NCBI GenBank assembly: GCA_965218495.1 | Contig: OZ244626.1 | Span: 4,464,196 to 4,528,195 of the forward strand | DNA from: Rhodothermales bacterium | GTDB lineage: Bacteria; Bacteroidota; Rhodothermia; Rhodothermales; Bin80 | Reading direction: 5' to 3' | Length of the DNA stretch: 64,000 nucleotides | Shown: piece after piece, positions 46,654-54,684 of the stretch | Numbering within the stretch: the first letter of the stretch is position 1 | Layout of the letters: every line of letters starts with the position of its first letter | The notes under the pieces: generated by a model | The model's input: the letters and a program-made list of their open reading frames with translations, nothing else | What the model was told of the DNA's origin: nothing | Database searches by the model: none | Program-made: the position numbers and the translations under genes

Positions 46654-47982
46654 ATGCTACCCCGTACTGCAATGGCACACTTCACGAGAACCTTGACACG
46701 CACTGCGCCCCGGTATTTGGCCAGCACGGCACTCTTGATCTTGGCTGGCGGCTGCTACACGCAGTTGGGCTACCAGTACATGGACCGCGAGCCGGACTAT
46801 GAGGAGGTCACGGTGTACGAGACGCAAACCGGGGACAGCGTCGTGGTGGACAAGTATTACTACGATGGGGCCTACACCTACGCCGATCCACATCGCTATC
46901 GCCGGTATTTCTCCCGCTACTACGGTTACCCAAGTTACCTGTACGACCCGTGGTACGACGACTTCGGGTACGGGTCGAGCATCTCCCTGAACGTTGGGTT
47001 TGGGAGACCGTGGTATCTGCCGTCCTATTCGCCGTTTGCGTACAATCCCTTTTGGAGCCCAGGGCACTACGGCTACGGGTATGGTTACGGTGGCTACGGG
47101 TATGGTTACGGTGGCTACGGGTACGGCTATGGTCATAGCGGCTGGGGCAATCCATACTACTATGACAGCGACTACTATGGACCACGTGGTCCTACGGTCG
47201 GGCGCGGCCCGCTCGCAGGTGGTAGCGTAGGATCTGGCCGCTACCGTGGCGGCTCTTACGGGGGCAGCACTTTCGGGCGCGGTGTCCGGCGTGCAGGCGA
47301 TGCCTCCACTGTTTCGGACTCTGAGGGCGGCCGGCGAATTGGTCGGGGTGGCGTGCGCGCCAGAGGCGAAACAAGCACTTCCTCTGGACGCGGTGTTACA
47401 TCGGCGCGTGGTTCCCGTGTTTCTGGCAGCACAGGGTCCGCGTCCGGGCGTGTCGTTCCAAGGCGGGCTACCACCACTCGCGGTGCTCGTCGAACTGTTG
47501 GCAGCGTACCCACGCGCAGCACGACATCACGTACCGCTCCGCGCGTGCGAGGGTCAAGCACCGCACCGCGTAGCACGGGCCGCGTGTCGAGCACGCGCAG
47601 CCGAAGCTCGTCAAGAGGTAGCCGCACGTCAAGCCGTCCTCGTTCGACCACGCGTGGCAGCGGGACGGTATCCAGGACCACGTCTCGTTCATCGGGCAGC
47701 ACATCGCGTGCGCCATCTCGTTCATCGGGCAGCACATCGCGTGCGCCATCTCGTTCATCGGGCAGCACATCGCGTGCGCCATCTCGTTCATCGGGCAGCA
47801 CATCGCGTGCGCCATCCCGCTCATCGGGCAGCACATCGCGTGCGCCATCCCGCTCATCGGGCAGCACATCGCGTGCGCCATCCCGCTCATCGGGCAGCAC
47901 ATCGCGTGCGCCATCTCGTTCATCGGGCAGCACATCGCGTGCTCCGTCCCGCAGCAGTCGTACGCCCAGTCGTGGCAACTGA
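46654..47982 (+). CDS. Low-complexity lipoprotein: Tyr/Gly-rich block plus Arg/Ser/Thr-rich tail with 8 tandem 11-aa repeats
   Basis: Lipobox LILAGGC. YG block HYGYGYGYGGYGYGYGGYGYGYGH. The tail is 8 x SRSSGSTSRAP. Nucleotide differences between repeat copies are synonymous (TCT CGT versus TCC CGC), which supports translation in this frame. Confidence 0.7.
   Translation: MLPRTAMAHFTRTLTRTAPRYLASTALLILAGGCYTQLGYQYMDREPDYEEVTVYETQTGDSVVVDKYYYDGAYTYADPHRYRRYFSRYYGYPSYLYDPWYDDFGYGSSISLNVGFGRPWYLPSYSPFAYNPFWSPGHYGYGYGYGGYGYGYGGYGYGYGHSGWGNPYYYDSDYYGPRGPTVGRGPLAGGSVGSGRYRGGSYGGSTFGRGVRRAGDASTVSDSEGGRRIGRGGVRARGETSTSSGRGVTSARGSRVSGSTGSASGRVVPRRATTTRGARRTVGSVPTRSTTSRTAPRVRGSSTAPRSTGRVSSTRSRSSSRGSRTSSRPRSTTRGSGTVSRTTSRSSGSTSRAPSRSSGSTSRAPSRSSGSTSRAPSRSSGSTSRAPSRSSGSTSRAPSRSSGSTSRAPSRSSGSTSRAPSRSSGSTSRAPSRSSRTPSRGN
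47071..47133. repeat. 3 x 21-bp tandem repeat (GGCTACGGGTATGGTTACGGT) encoding GYGYGYG
   Basis: Two perfect copies and one diverged copy, read directly from the sequence. Confidence 0.85.
47685..47948. repeat. 8 x 33-bp tandem repeat (TCGTTCATCGGGCAGCACATCGCGTGCGCCATC)
   Basis: Head-to-tail copies with no spacers. Copies 1-4 start TCGTTC, copies 5-7 start CCGCTC, and copy 8 is slightly diverged. Confidence 0.95.
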
Positions 47983-48085
47983 TTGTATTTAGCGCTTAAC
48001 CCGCGCATCGCGGCGTAGCGCGTGTTTAAGTTGCGCCGCTTGAGCGGCCCCGCCTAGCACAGAAATACCCATTCGCAGGACACCT

Positions 48086-49684
48086 ATGCACTTGAGAATC
48101 GCACAGAATACTATTGCAATGAGCGCGCTAGTGCTCCTCTTCGTAACTGCCGGCATGGCAAAGGCCCAGACGGCCGAGGAAGGGCTACGCCTCAGTCAGC
48201 GCGCGCCGGCTTCCGGCGCACGCATGATTGGATTGGGCACCAAGGGCTATGGGGGTTTCGGGGACTTTACCGCCCTGAACGGTAACCCTGCCGGGCTGGG
48301 CCTGGTACAGTGGTCTTCGCTTACCGGCACAGTGCATTCATTGCGGACAAGCGATGCTTCGTCCTCGCAGACACGCGGCTTTTCGCCCTCGGGTATTACC
48401 CAGAATATAGGCAGTACCAAGCTAGGCAACGTCGCCTGGCTCTATAAGGCTCCAACGAGTCAGGGCTCGCTCGTATTCGGACTGGCCTTTAACCAGGTGG
48501 CAAGCTACGACCGGGAGCTCCGTTTTAGCGGCAGCAATGACGAAAGCACTATCACAACCTCCTTCCTGCCCTTTGGGGGTGAATTCACCCTCACTGACGA
48601 CGGGGGCCTTGAGTTGGACGACTTCGTGTTCTCTGCATTCAATGGCGGGCTGATCGAGTTTTTTCCGGAACTCCTGGAGGGAGACTCTACAGCGTATCCC
48701 TTTTTGGAGGCCGTCATACCTGGTACGACGATCGATCAACACGGACGTGTGAAGGAGCACGGCAGCATGAATGAAGCCAGCTTCGGAGGCAGCATAGAGG
48801 TCGGCGAGGGGATGTTCGTTGGCGCGTCCTTGAGCCTCGCGTTTGGGCGCTATGAGTTGCGCAGTACATTTGAAGAAGACGATGTCCTCGACTTGAATAC
48901 CGCCTTGGACTACAACGTTCTGCAGGATGACGGTAGCCTGCTTGAAGGGTTTGATTTCCTGCGCTATCAGCAGCGCGTGGCAAGCGACCTCCTAGGTGTC
49001 AATCTGCGGTTGGGTGTTTCAAAAAAGGTCGCGCCCAGCTTCAGAGTCGGCCTCGCTGTCGAAACTCCTACGAGGATCAGTATAGATGAGTCGTATGGAA
49101 CGACTTTTGAAACCCGTTTTGATGACGGGGGCATCCTTACATATGGGGACCGCACCGGCGATGTGGGTAGTGGTGTCTTCAGCTACCGCCTTCGCACGCC
49201 ATGGCGGGTAAACGCGGGCATTAGCCTGGAGTTAGAAAGCTTTACGCTGCTGGCCGATGCGCAGCTGGTGGACTGGAGCCAGATGCGATTTGGCGCCGAC
49301 AGCGAAGGCATCTTTGACGACCTTAACGACCAGATAAGCGACGACTACAGCACCGTAGTCAATTTCGGGGCCGGAGCAGAGGTAAACGTTAGCAAGGTGT
49401 TGCTTCGGGTCGGAGTGGCGTTTCAGCCGGATCCCATAACGCTGGACCTCAGAGACAGTAGTGGGGATATCCTTAACCGTGACCAGCTTCACCTCTCGGC
49501 TGGATTCGGCTACCACCTATCACCGAGGATGCTGCTTGATGTCGCTTGGACTATGGGAACCTTTGACGCGGCCTACCTGCCCTATCCCGTGGACGCGCAC
49601 GGGGCGCGACAGGATGCGAGCCTGCATATCGACGAGTCAGTGACGCGCCACCAGGTAGTAATCGGTGTGACGTATGCGTTCTAA
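48086..49684 (+). CDS. FadL/TodX/PorV-like outer-membrane beta-barrel protein
   Basis: Signal peptide ending AKAQ. N-terminal SGARMIGLGTKGYGGFGDFTALNGNPAGLGLV resembles the FadL-family hatch motif. The C-terminus is VVIGVTYAF. Confidence 0.7.
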   Translation: MHLRIAQNTIAMSALVLLFVTAGMAKAQTAEEGLRLSQRAPASGARMIGLGTKGYGGFGDFTALNGNPAGLGLVQWSSLTGTVHSLRTSDASSSQTRGFSPSGITQNIGSTKLGNVAWLYKAPTSQGSLVFGLAFNQVASYDRELRFSGSNDESTITTSFLPFGGEFTLTDDGGLELDDFVFSAFNGGLIEFFPELLEGDSTAYPFLEAVIPGTTIDQHGRVKEHGSMNEASFGGSIEVGEGMFVGASLSLAFGRYELRSTFEEDDVLDLNTALDYNVLQDDGSLLEGFDFLRYQQRVASDLLGVNLRLGVSKKVAPSFRVGLAVETPTRISIDESYGTTFETRFDDGGILTYGDRTGDVGSGVFSYRLRTPWRVNAGISLELESFTLLADAQLVDWSQMRFGADSEGIFDDLNDQISDDYSTVVNFGAGAEVNVSKVLLRVGVAFQPDPITLDLRDSSGDILNRDQLHLSAGFGYHLSPRMLLDVAWTMGTFDAAYLPYPVDAHGARQDASLHIDESVTRHQVVIGVTYAF

Positions 49685-49689
49685 GTTTC

Positions 49690-50712
49690 CTAGTCTGCTG
49701 CTCTTCTGCGCTGGCGCAGGTAGGCCCTTAGCCGTGCGACATCGCTATTGTGGCCCCGCAGTGTGACGTTAAAGGCATGTCCACCCTCTGGCCTTGCGAC
49801 AAAGAACATGTACGTATGAAGCTCGGGGTTGGCAGCAGCCAACAGTGAAGCCCGCCCAGGATTGGTGATGGGTCCAGGCGGGAAGCCCCGATACAGGTAC
49901 GTGTTGTATGGATGCTGGAGCCGGTAGTCAGCATAAAGCAACCGACGCTTGCTCCCTTCAAGCTCTATGAGCGCGTACTGGACGGTCGGGTCCGCCTGCA
50001 GATGCCAATGCCTCTGCAGGCGGTTCAGGTAAACGCCTGCCACACGGGCTTTTTCTTTGTCGACGTTAGTTTCCCATTCCACAATGCCTGCGAGACTAAC
50101 GACCTCATCCCGGTCCAGGTCATGCTGTGCACCGAGTGCGGCGAGGCTATCGGCAAAGAACGCATCCATTTCGCGCTTTATGCGGCGCACCACGTCCCTG
50201 GCATGCGTCGTACAATAGAAGTGGTACGTATCCGGAAGCATGTAGCTGAAAAGGTGTCTCGTGTCGGTTCCGAGGTCTGTGGCTAGAGTCGAATCCGCCA
50301 GTGCGGCCATAAAGTCCTCGTCCGCAAAGAGCATGTGTCGCGCGGCCCTGCGAGCCGCATACTTCGGGCGGGACCCGGACGGGATTGTTACGCGCACGGC
50401 GGTCTGCTCCCCGGCGCGCAAGCGGCGCAGGACCCGATAGGCAGAAGTTCCTTGGTCGAATTTATAACAGCCGGCCTTGATCTGATCGTCCCAACCGGTG
50501 GCCTTGGCTGACAGCACAAAGGCGAGGCGTTGGGCCAGGAGGCCTTCCGCCGCAAGTAAGTCCGCAACTGCACCGAGCGATGCGCCGCCGTAAATGCGCA
50601 CCCAGCGGGCCTCCGTAAACGTGGGTGGTTTTGCCAGAAACGTGAGCCATACAGCCAGACCACAGGCAAGCAGCACCGAGCCCAACGCTAAGGACAGCAG
50701 GTTTCGAACCAT
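49690..50712 (-). CDS. mltG: Endolytic murein transglycosylase MltG (YceG family)
   Basis: N-terminal TM anchor. Catalytic block ASIVEKE-like GIVEWETNVDKEKARVAGVYLNRLQRHWHLQADPTVQY. Confidence 0.9.
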   Translation of the reverse strand: MVRNLLSLALGSVLLACGLAVWLTFLAKPPTFTEARWVRIYGGASLGAVADLLAAEGLLAQRLAFVLSAKATGWDDQIKAGCYKFDQGTSAYRVLRRLRAGEQTAVRVTIPSGSRPKYAARRAARHMLFADEDFMAALADSTLATDLGTDTRHLFSYMLPDTYHFYCTTHARDVVRRIKREMDAFFADSLAALGAQHDLDRDEVVSLAGIVEWETNVDKEKARVAGVYLNRLQRHWHLQADPTVQYALIELEGSKRRLLYADYRLQHPYNTYLYRGFPPGPITNPGRASLLAAANPELHTYMFFVARPEGGHAFNVTLRGHNSDVARLRAYLRQRRRAAD

Positions 50713-50727
50713 TGGTTAGGGGAATTC

Positions 50728-51051
50728 TTAGCCCTGATACTTCTGGCGCTCCAGTGCACGGGTCTCGTCAATGATGCGCTCAAACACTCGTCGCACCGCA
50801 CCGCTATCAAGCGGCCCTTCATTGGCGCTCGTAACGTTGTTCAGCACATCCAGTTCACGACTGGGCACGTATACCGGCAGCCCCAACTGCTTTTTGATGT
50901 GGCCGATGGTGTTTGCGCAGTGCGAGCGCTCATTAAGCAGCAGCAGCAGCTTCCGGTCAATTTCATCAATACACGCCCTCAGTGGTTGGAGGTCGCCCTC
51001 AGTAGGGGCGGCCGCGACTACGGTGGGTGGCACAGCCTTTGGTATCTGCAA
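50728..51051 (-). CDS. Chorismate mutase (AroQ type)
   Basis: LQPLRACIDEIDRKLLLLLNERSHCANTIGHIKKQLGLPVYVPSRE matches the AroQ helical-bundle motif. TTG start. Confidence 0.85.
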   Translation of the reverse strand: MQIPKAVPPTVVAAAPTEGDLQPLRACIDEIDRKLLLLLNERSHCANTIGHIKKQLGLPVYVPSRELDVLNNVTSANEGPLDSGAVRRVFERIIDETRALERQKYQG

Positions 51052-51182
51052 CGATCAAGTGGGTATGTCCGTAACAATCAGCACAAAGATAACAAGCGGA
51101 GAGCGTGAACTAATCGAGATTAGCGTAGTATTGACTATAGACCTTGAACGACATATACTTCATGCTGTGAAACACAAACCTC

Positions 51183-51722
51183 ATGCTCATGTGTAAGACG
51201 GTAGCTGTTTTGTTTCTCGTAGCGGCCGTGACCTTGCCGGCCGCAGCACAGTTCAGGGAGGCGGTGCCCCCCGGGCACCCGTCGGCCCGTCTGTACCAGG
51301 CGCCGGACGCGTTAGGCTCGTTGATGAGCCAGATTTTTAACCCGTCGGTGTTCAAGATGAGCCATGGTTTCGAGATGTCAGCCGGCTCCTTTGGAGGCCG
51401 TGGTTATTCAATGGGTATGTACACCAATACGATGGCGTGGCAATTCAGCGATAAGTTGGCCATGCGGGCGGATGTGTCGGTCGCCTACTCGCCGCAGAAC
51501 CAGAATCTGACATCGCTCGGGTTTGAGCGCGCTGGCCCAAGAGTCTTTTTGCGCAATGCCGAGATCGCCTGGCGCCCATCCGAGAAAGTTCACCTCAACA
51601 TCCAGGTGCGTCAAGACCCGTACGGGTTCAGAAACCCGTATATGAGCGCCTTCGGTGGCTACAATGGCTTCCGTCCCTATGGTTATTCGGGCGGCCCGTT
51701 TTGGCACGACCGCTGGCGCTAG
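51183..51722 (+). CDS. Hypothetical secreted protein
   Basis: Signal peptide VAVLFLVAAVTLPAAAQ. No family recognised. Confidence 0.6.
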   Translation: MLMCKTVAVLFLVAAVTLPAAAQFREAVPPGHPSARLYQAPDALGSLMSQIFNPSVFKMSHGFEMSAGSFGGRGYSMGMYTNTMAWQFSDKLAMRADVSVAYSPQNQNLTSLGFERAGPRVFLRNAEIAWRPSEKVHLNIQVRQDPYGFRNPYMSAFGGYNGFRPYGYSGGPFWHDRWR

Positions 51723-51736
51723 TTGCCAGATAACGT

Positions 51737-52219
51737 ATGAATCGGCGAGCCGGTATCATCGGCCTGAATGTGGCACTAACAGTCATGGGCCTCGCGGTGC
51801 TGGCATTGGGTTGGCAAATGCTTCAGCGGATGCAAGTCACGCCCATTGTCGCGCAGCAAGCGGTGTCGGTGGCCGACAAGTACCCCGCGGCTTCGGATAT
51901 CTATCAGGTGGAAATTCGCAACGGTGCCGGCGTGAAGGGTGCGGCACAAGTCTTGCGCAGCTTCTTGATAGAGAAGGGGTATGATGTGGTCGAGGTGGGC
52001 AACCATCCCTCGTTTGATGTCGAAAAGACGGAGGTCGTGGACCGTGTGGGAAATCTTGACATCGCTCGTGAGGTTGCGGCTTCGCTCGGCTTGGCGAAAG
52101 ATCGTGTCAGGGAGGAGGAGCGACGTGAGTACTATCTGGATGCATCGGTCATCATCGGCAAGGATTACCTGACGCTGCCTCCGTTTGCCGATGCCGCGGC
52201 GACTGCGCAGCAGGAATAG
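51737..52219 (+). CDS. LytR_C domain-containing membrane-anchored protein
   Basis: N-terminal TM helix, then VEIRNGAGVKGAAQVLRSFLIEKGYDVVEVGN..., typical of the LytR C-terminal domain. Confidence 0.75.
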   Translation: MNRRAGIIGLNVALTVMGLAVLALGWQMLQRMQVTPIVAQQAVSVADKYPAASDIYQVEIRNGAGVKGAAQVLRSFLIEKGYDVVEVGNHPSFDVEKTEVVDRVGNLDIAREVAASLGLAKDRVREEERREYYLDASVIIGKDYLTLPPFADAAATAQQE

Positions 52220-52225
52220 CCCGCA

Positions 52226-52630
52226 TTGCCCATCGCCTCACCACAGCGCCGCCAAAGTGCCGCACCATCGAAAGTGCTGGCCCGCCTCGCCGTAGAGGCT
52301 GCCCATGACAAGAAGGCCGAAGATGTGGTGGTCATGGACATGCGAGCTGTTTGCGGACTGGCAGACTACTTCGTACTTTGCTCAGGTACCAGCGACAACC
52401 AAGTCAGGGCGATCCAGGAGTCCATTGAAGAGCGAATCCGGGAGCAGGCAAACGAGCGGCCTTGGCACCGTGAGGGACAGGGGCACCGGCAGTGGGTGCT
52501 CTTGGACTATGTAGATCTGGTGGTCCACATCTTTAGTCCTGAGAGGCGGTCATTCTATGACCTTGAGCGCCTCTGGAACGATGCGCCCCATGAGCTGGTA
52601 GCCGGTGGGTCGGCGATGATGCTCAATTAG
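52226..52630 (+). CDS. rsfS: Ribosome silencing factor RsfS
   Basis: ADYFVLCSGTSDNQVRAIQESI...WVLLDYVDLVVHIFSPERRSFYDLERLW is canonical RsfS/iojap. TTG start. Confidence 0.9.
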   Translation: MPIASPQRRQSAAPSKVLARLAVEAAHDKKAEDVVVMDMRAVCGLADYFVLCSGTSDNQVRAIQESIEERIREQANERPWHREGQGHRQWVLLDYVDLVVHIFSPERRSFYDLERLWNDAPHELVAGGSAMMLN

Positions 52631-52640
52631 CCCCACGGCA

Positions 52641-53135
52641 TTGCGCTGGACCATTCTCATCCTTCTTGTAACAGGCTGTGCTGGCAGCCGTGCAGCGCCG
52701 GAGCCCGATGCGCAATTTGGTCATCGGTATGGAGGAGACCCAGCGCCGGACGGGAGTCACACCGTCACAACCACTCCCGCCGAGGAAGGAGAAACCTATC
52801 GCTACTATCCAGCATCGTTTGAGAGCGTAGTGATACGGCCCGCCCCGTTCGACATGGCGGTACCGGTGGCCACTCAACACGTGGAAGTGGAGGTGCTGAT
52901 CAAAGGCGCACTGCCAGACGCGTGCATGCAGCTTCACTCATTTGAGCAGGAGCGCACCGGCAACATTATCAATGCAACGCTCCAGATGCGTCGTGCCCAG
53001 TCGATTGTGTGCGCAAGCGCACTACGTCCATACCGATTCTATGTCATGCTCGGCGGACGGTACAGGGCTGGTCACTATACGCTTCGGCTGAATGGCCAAG
53101 CCGTTCCTTTTCAGATACGTACGCCGTCCTCTTAG
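52641..53135 (+). CDS. Hypothetical lipoprotein
   Basis: TTG start and lipobox ILLVTGC. No family recognised. Confidence 0.55.
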   Translation: MRWTILILLVTGCAGSRAAPEPDAQFGHRYGGDPAPDGSHTVTTTPAEEGETYRYYPASFESVVIRPAPFDMAVPVATQHVEVEVLIKGALPDACMQLHSFEQERTGNIINATLQMRRAQSIVCASALRPYRFYVMLGGRYRAGHYTLRLNGQAVPFQIRTPSS

Positions 53136-53152
53136 AATATGCCCCGGGCTAT

Positions 53153-53518
53153 ATGTCACGCTTCTTTTTTGTGCTCGGCGCGACGCTAACCGGCATGGCC
53201 GTGATAATGGGGGCCTACGGAGCGCATGCGCTAACGGTAACCTCCGAACGTCTTGAATGGTGGAAGACCGGTGCACTCTACCATCTCGTTCATGGACTCG
53301 CGCTTCTTGCTGCAAGTTGGGCCTACGCGACCTGGCCCGGGCCGTGGGTTCGGGTGGCCGGTCTTTGCTTCACGGTTGGCGTAGTGGTGTTTTCCGGGAG
53401 CCTGTACACCATGGCGCTAACGGGATTTACGCGTCTCGGCGCAGTCACGCCGGTGGGTGGCCTGGCCCTGATTGCGGGGTGGGCCTGCTTGGCATGGGGG
53501 GTCATGCGTGCGGCCTAA
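53153..53518 (+). CDS. DUF423-domain membrane protein
   Basis: From the ATG at 53153: four TM helices with GAYGAHAL and ALYHLVHGLALL motifs typical of DUF423/YgdD. Confidence 0.85.
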   Translation: MSRFFFVLGATLTGMAVIMGAYGAHALTVTSERLEWWKTGALYHLVHGLALLAASWAYATWPGPWVRVAGLCFTVGVVVFSGSLYTMALTGFTRLGAVTPVGGLALIAGWACLAWGVMRAA

Positions 53519-53546
53519 CACGGGTGAGTCGCGGTTTATGTGCCGC

Positions 53547-53897
53547 CTAAGAGGCTTCCTCGAAAAGGAGCGCGAGGCTTGGCACTAGTCCATGGCGGTG
53601 TGCCAAGCTGAGGAGCATCGCCGCCGCAGCGTCTGCCGAGTCGAAAGTGCCGTGGGTCGTGGCGTCGGTCGCAATGGCATAACCGAGCCCGTCGTCCTCA
53701 TCTTTGGCATCCCATTGTATGGCTTGTTCTATGATGTACGTGGACTCCTCTGGCAAGAAAGAGGCAATGAAGCATTCTTTGGCCGTGCTCTCGTCAATCA
53801 AGCTCATGCTGCCTGCCGCGCCGTATTCCTCGTCATAGAACAGCGTCTCGGCAAGCACGCGCCGCGCAAAGTCGTTCGCCCAAGAATTATTTGACAT
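53547..53897 (-). CDS. Hypothetical acidic protein
   Basis: 116-aa ORF with protein-like composition. No family recognised. Confidence 0.5.
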   Translation of the reverse strand: MSNNSWANDFARRVLAETLFYDEEYGAAGSMSLIDESTAKECFIASFLPEESTYIIEQAIQWDAKDEDDGLGYAIATDATTHGTFDSADAAAAMLLSLAHRHGLVPSLALLFEEAS

Positions 53898-53926
53898 GGT
53901 TAAAGGTAGTAAGGGGCGCCCAACTG

Positions 53927-54682
53927 CTACGGCTGTAGTACGTGCCCCAGGTTGGGTATACCGCTCAGAGACTCCAACTGCTTAAGAGCCGCATCCTCGC
54001 TCACGAAGGTCGTGTCCAGGTCGAAGACCGTGCCGAAATGGTGCGCGACGCGGCGACGCACTTCGTCTTCGTCACAGGGGTGCCCGAGCTCCTGAGCCAG
54101 GGATGTCACCCCACGGTCGGCAATTCCACACGGAACAATGTGGCGGTAAAAGGAAAGGTCCGTATTCAGGTTGAATGCGATACCGTGCATGGTTACCCAC
54201 CGGCTGCTGCGGATGCCCAACGCGCATATTTTGCGCTCGCAGCCAGGGTTGCCAACCCATACGCCGGTGCGTCCCTGTATGCGAGAAGCCGCAACGCAGT
54301 AGTCCGCCAACGTACGTATGACAATTTCTTCTAGGGCCCGCATGTATCGGTGCAAGTCGCGGAAGATCCGGTTAAGGTCAAGAAGGAAGTAGCCTACAAG
54401 TTGTCCGGGCCCATGAAATGTGATGTCGCCGCCACGGTCGATGCGGTGAAACTCGGCTCCTATGGCGCCAAGTGCGCCCTGCTCCAGCATCAGGTGGGAG
54501 GCATTTCCACTCTTGCCCAGGGTGAACACCGGAGGGTGCTCAAGCAAGAGAAGGATGTGCGGCAATACCTCTTGGGCACGTTTGGCCTGAACCAGACGCT
54601 CTTTAATAGCCTTTTGCAAAGCCCACGTAGGCCGGTACGCCACGCGGCCTAGCGGGCAGATCAGCGCGCTCCTCAAGGCCAT
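53927..54682 (-). CDS. lipB: Octanoyl/lipoyl transferase
   Basis: LLLLEHPPVFTLG, RGGDITFHGPGQLVGY and KICALG blocks of LipB. ATG at 54682, with a GTG one codon upstream at 54685. Confidence 0.9.
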   Translation of the reverse strand: MALRSALICPLGRVAYRPTWALQKAIKERLVQAKRAQEVLPHILLLLEHPPVFTLGKSGNASHLMLEQGALGAIGAEFHRIDRGGDITFHGPGQLVGYFLLDLNRIFRDLHRYMRALEEIVIRTLADYCVAASRIQGRTGVWVGNPGCERKICALGIRSSRWVTMHGIAFNLNTDLSFYRHIVPCGIADRGVTSLAQELGHPCDEDEVRRRVAHHFGTVFDLDTTFVSEDAALKQLESLSGIPNLGHVLQP

Positions 54683-54684
54683 CA

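Noticed and set aside
47685-47948. Possible CRISPR array, suggested by regular 33-bp repeats
   Set aside because: The copies are head-to-tail with no spacers, lie inside a coding frame and have no cas genes nearby. This is a coding tandem repeat.
47246-48008. Long ORFs in alternative frames over the tandem repeats (47246-47992 +, 47256-48008 -, 47468-47935 -)
   Set aside because: They are kept open only by the periodicity of the 33-bp repeat. Synonymous substitutions between copies fit the 46654-47982 frame, which also has the lipoprotein signal.
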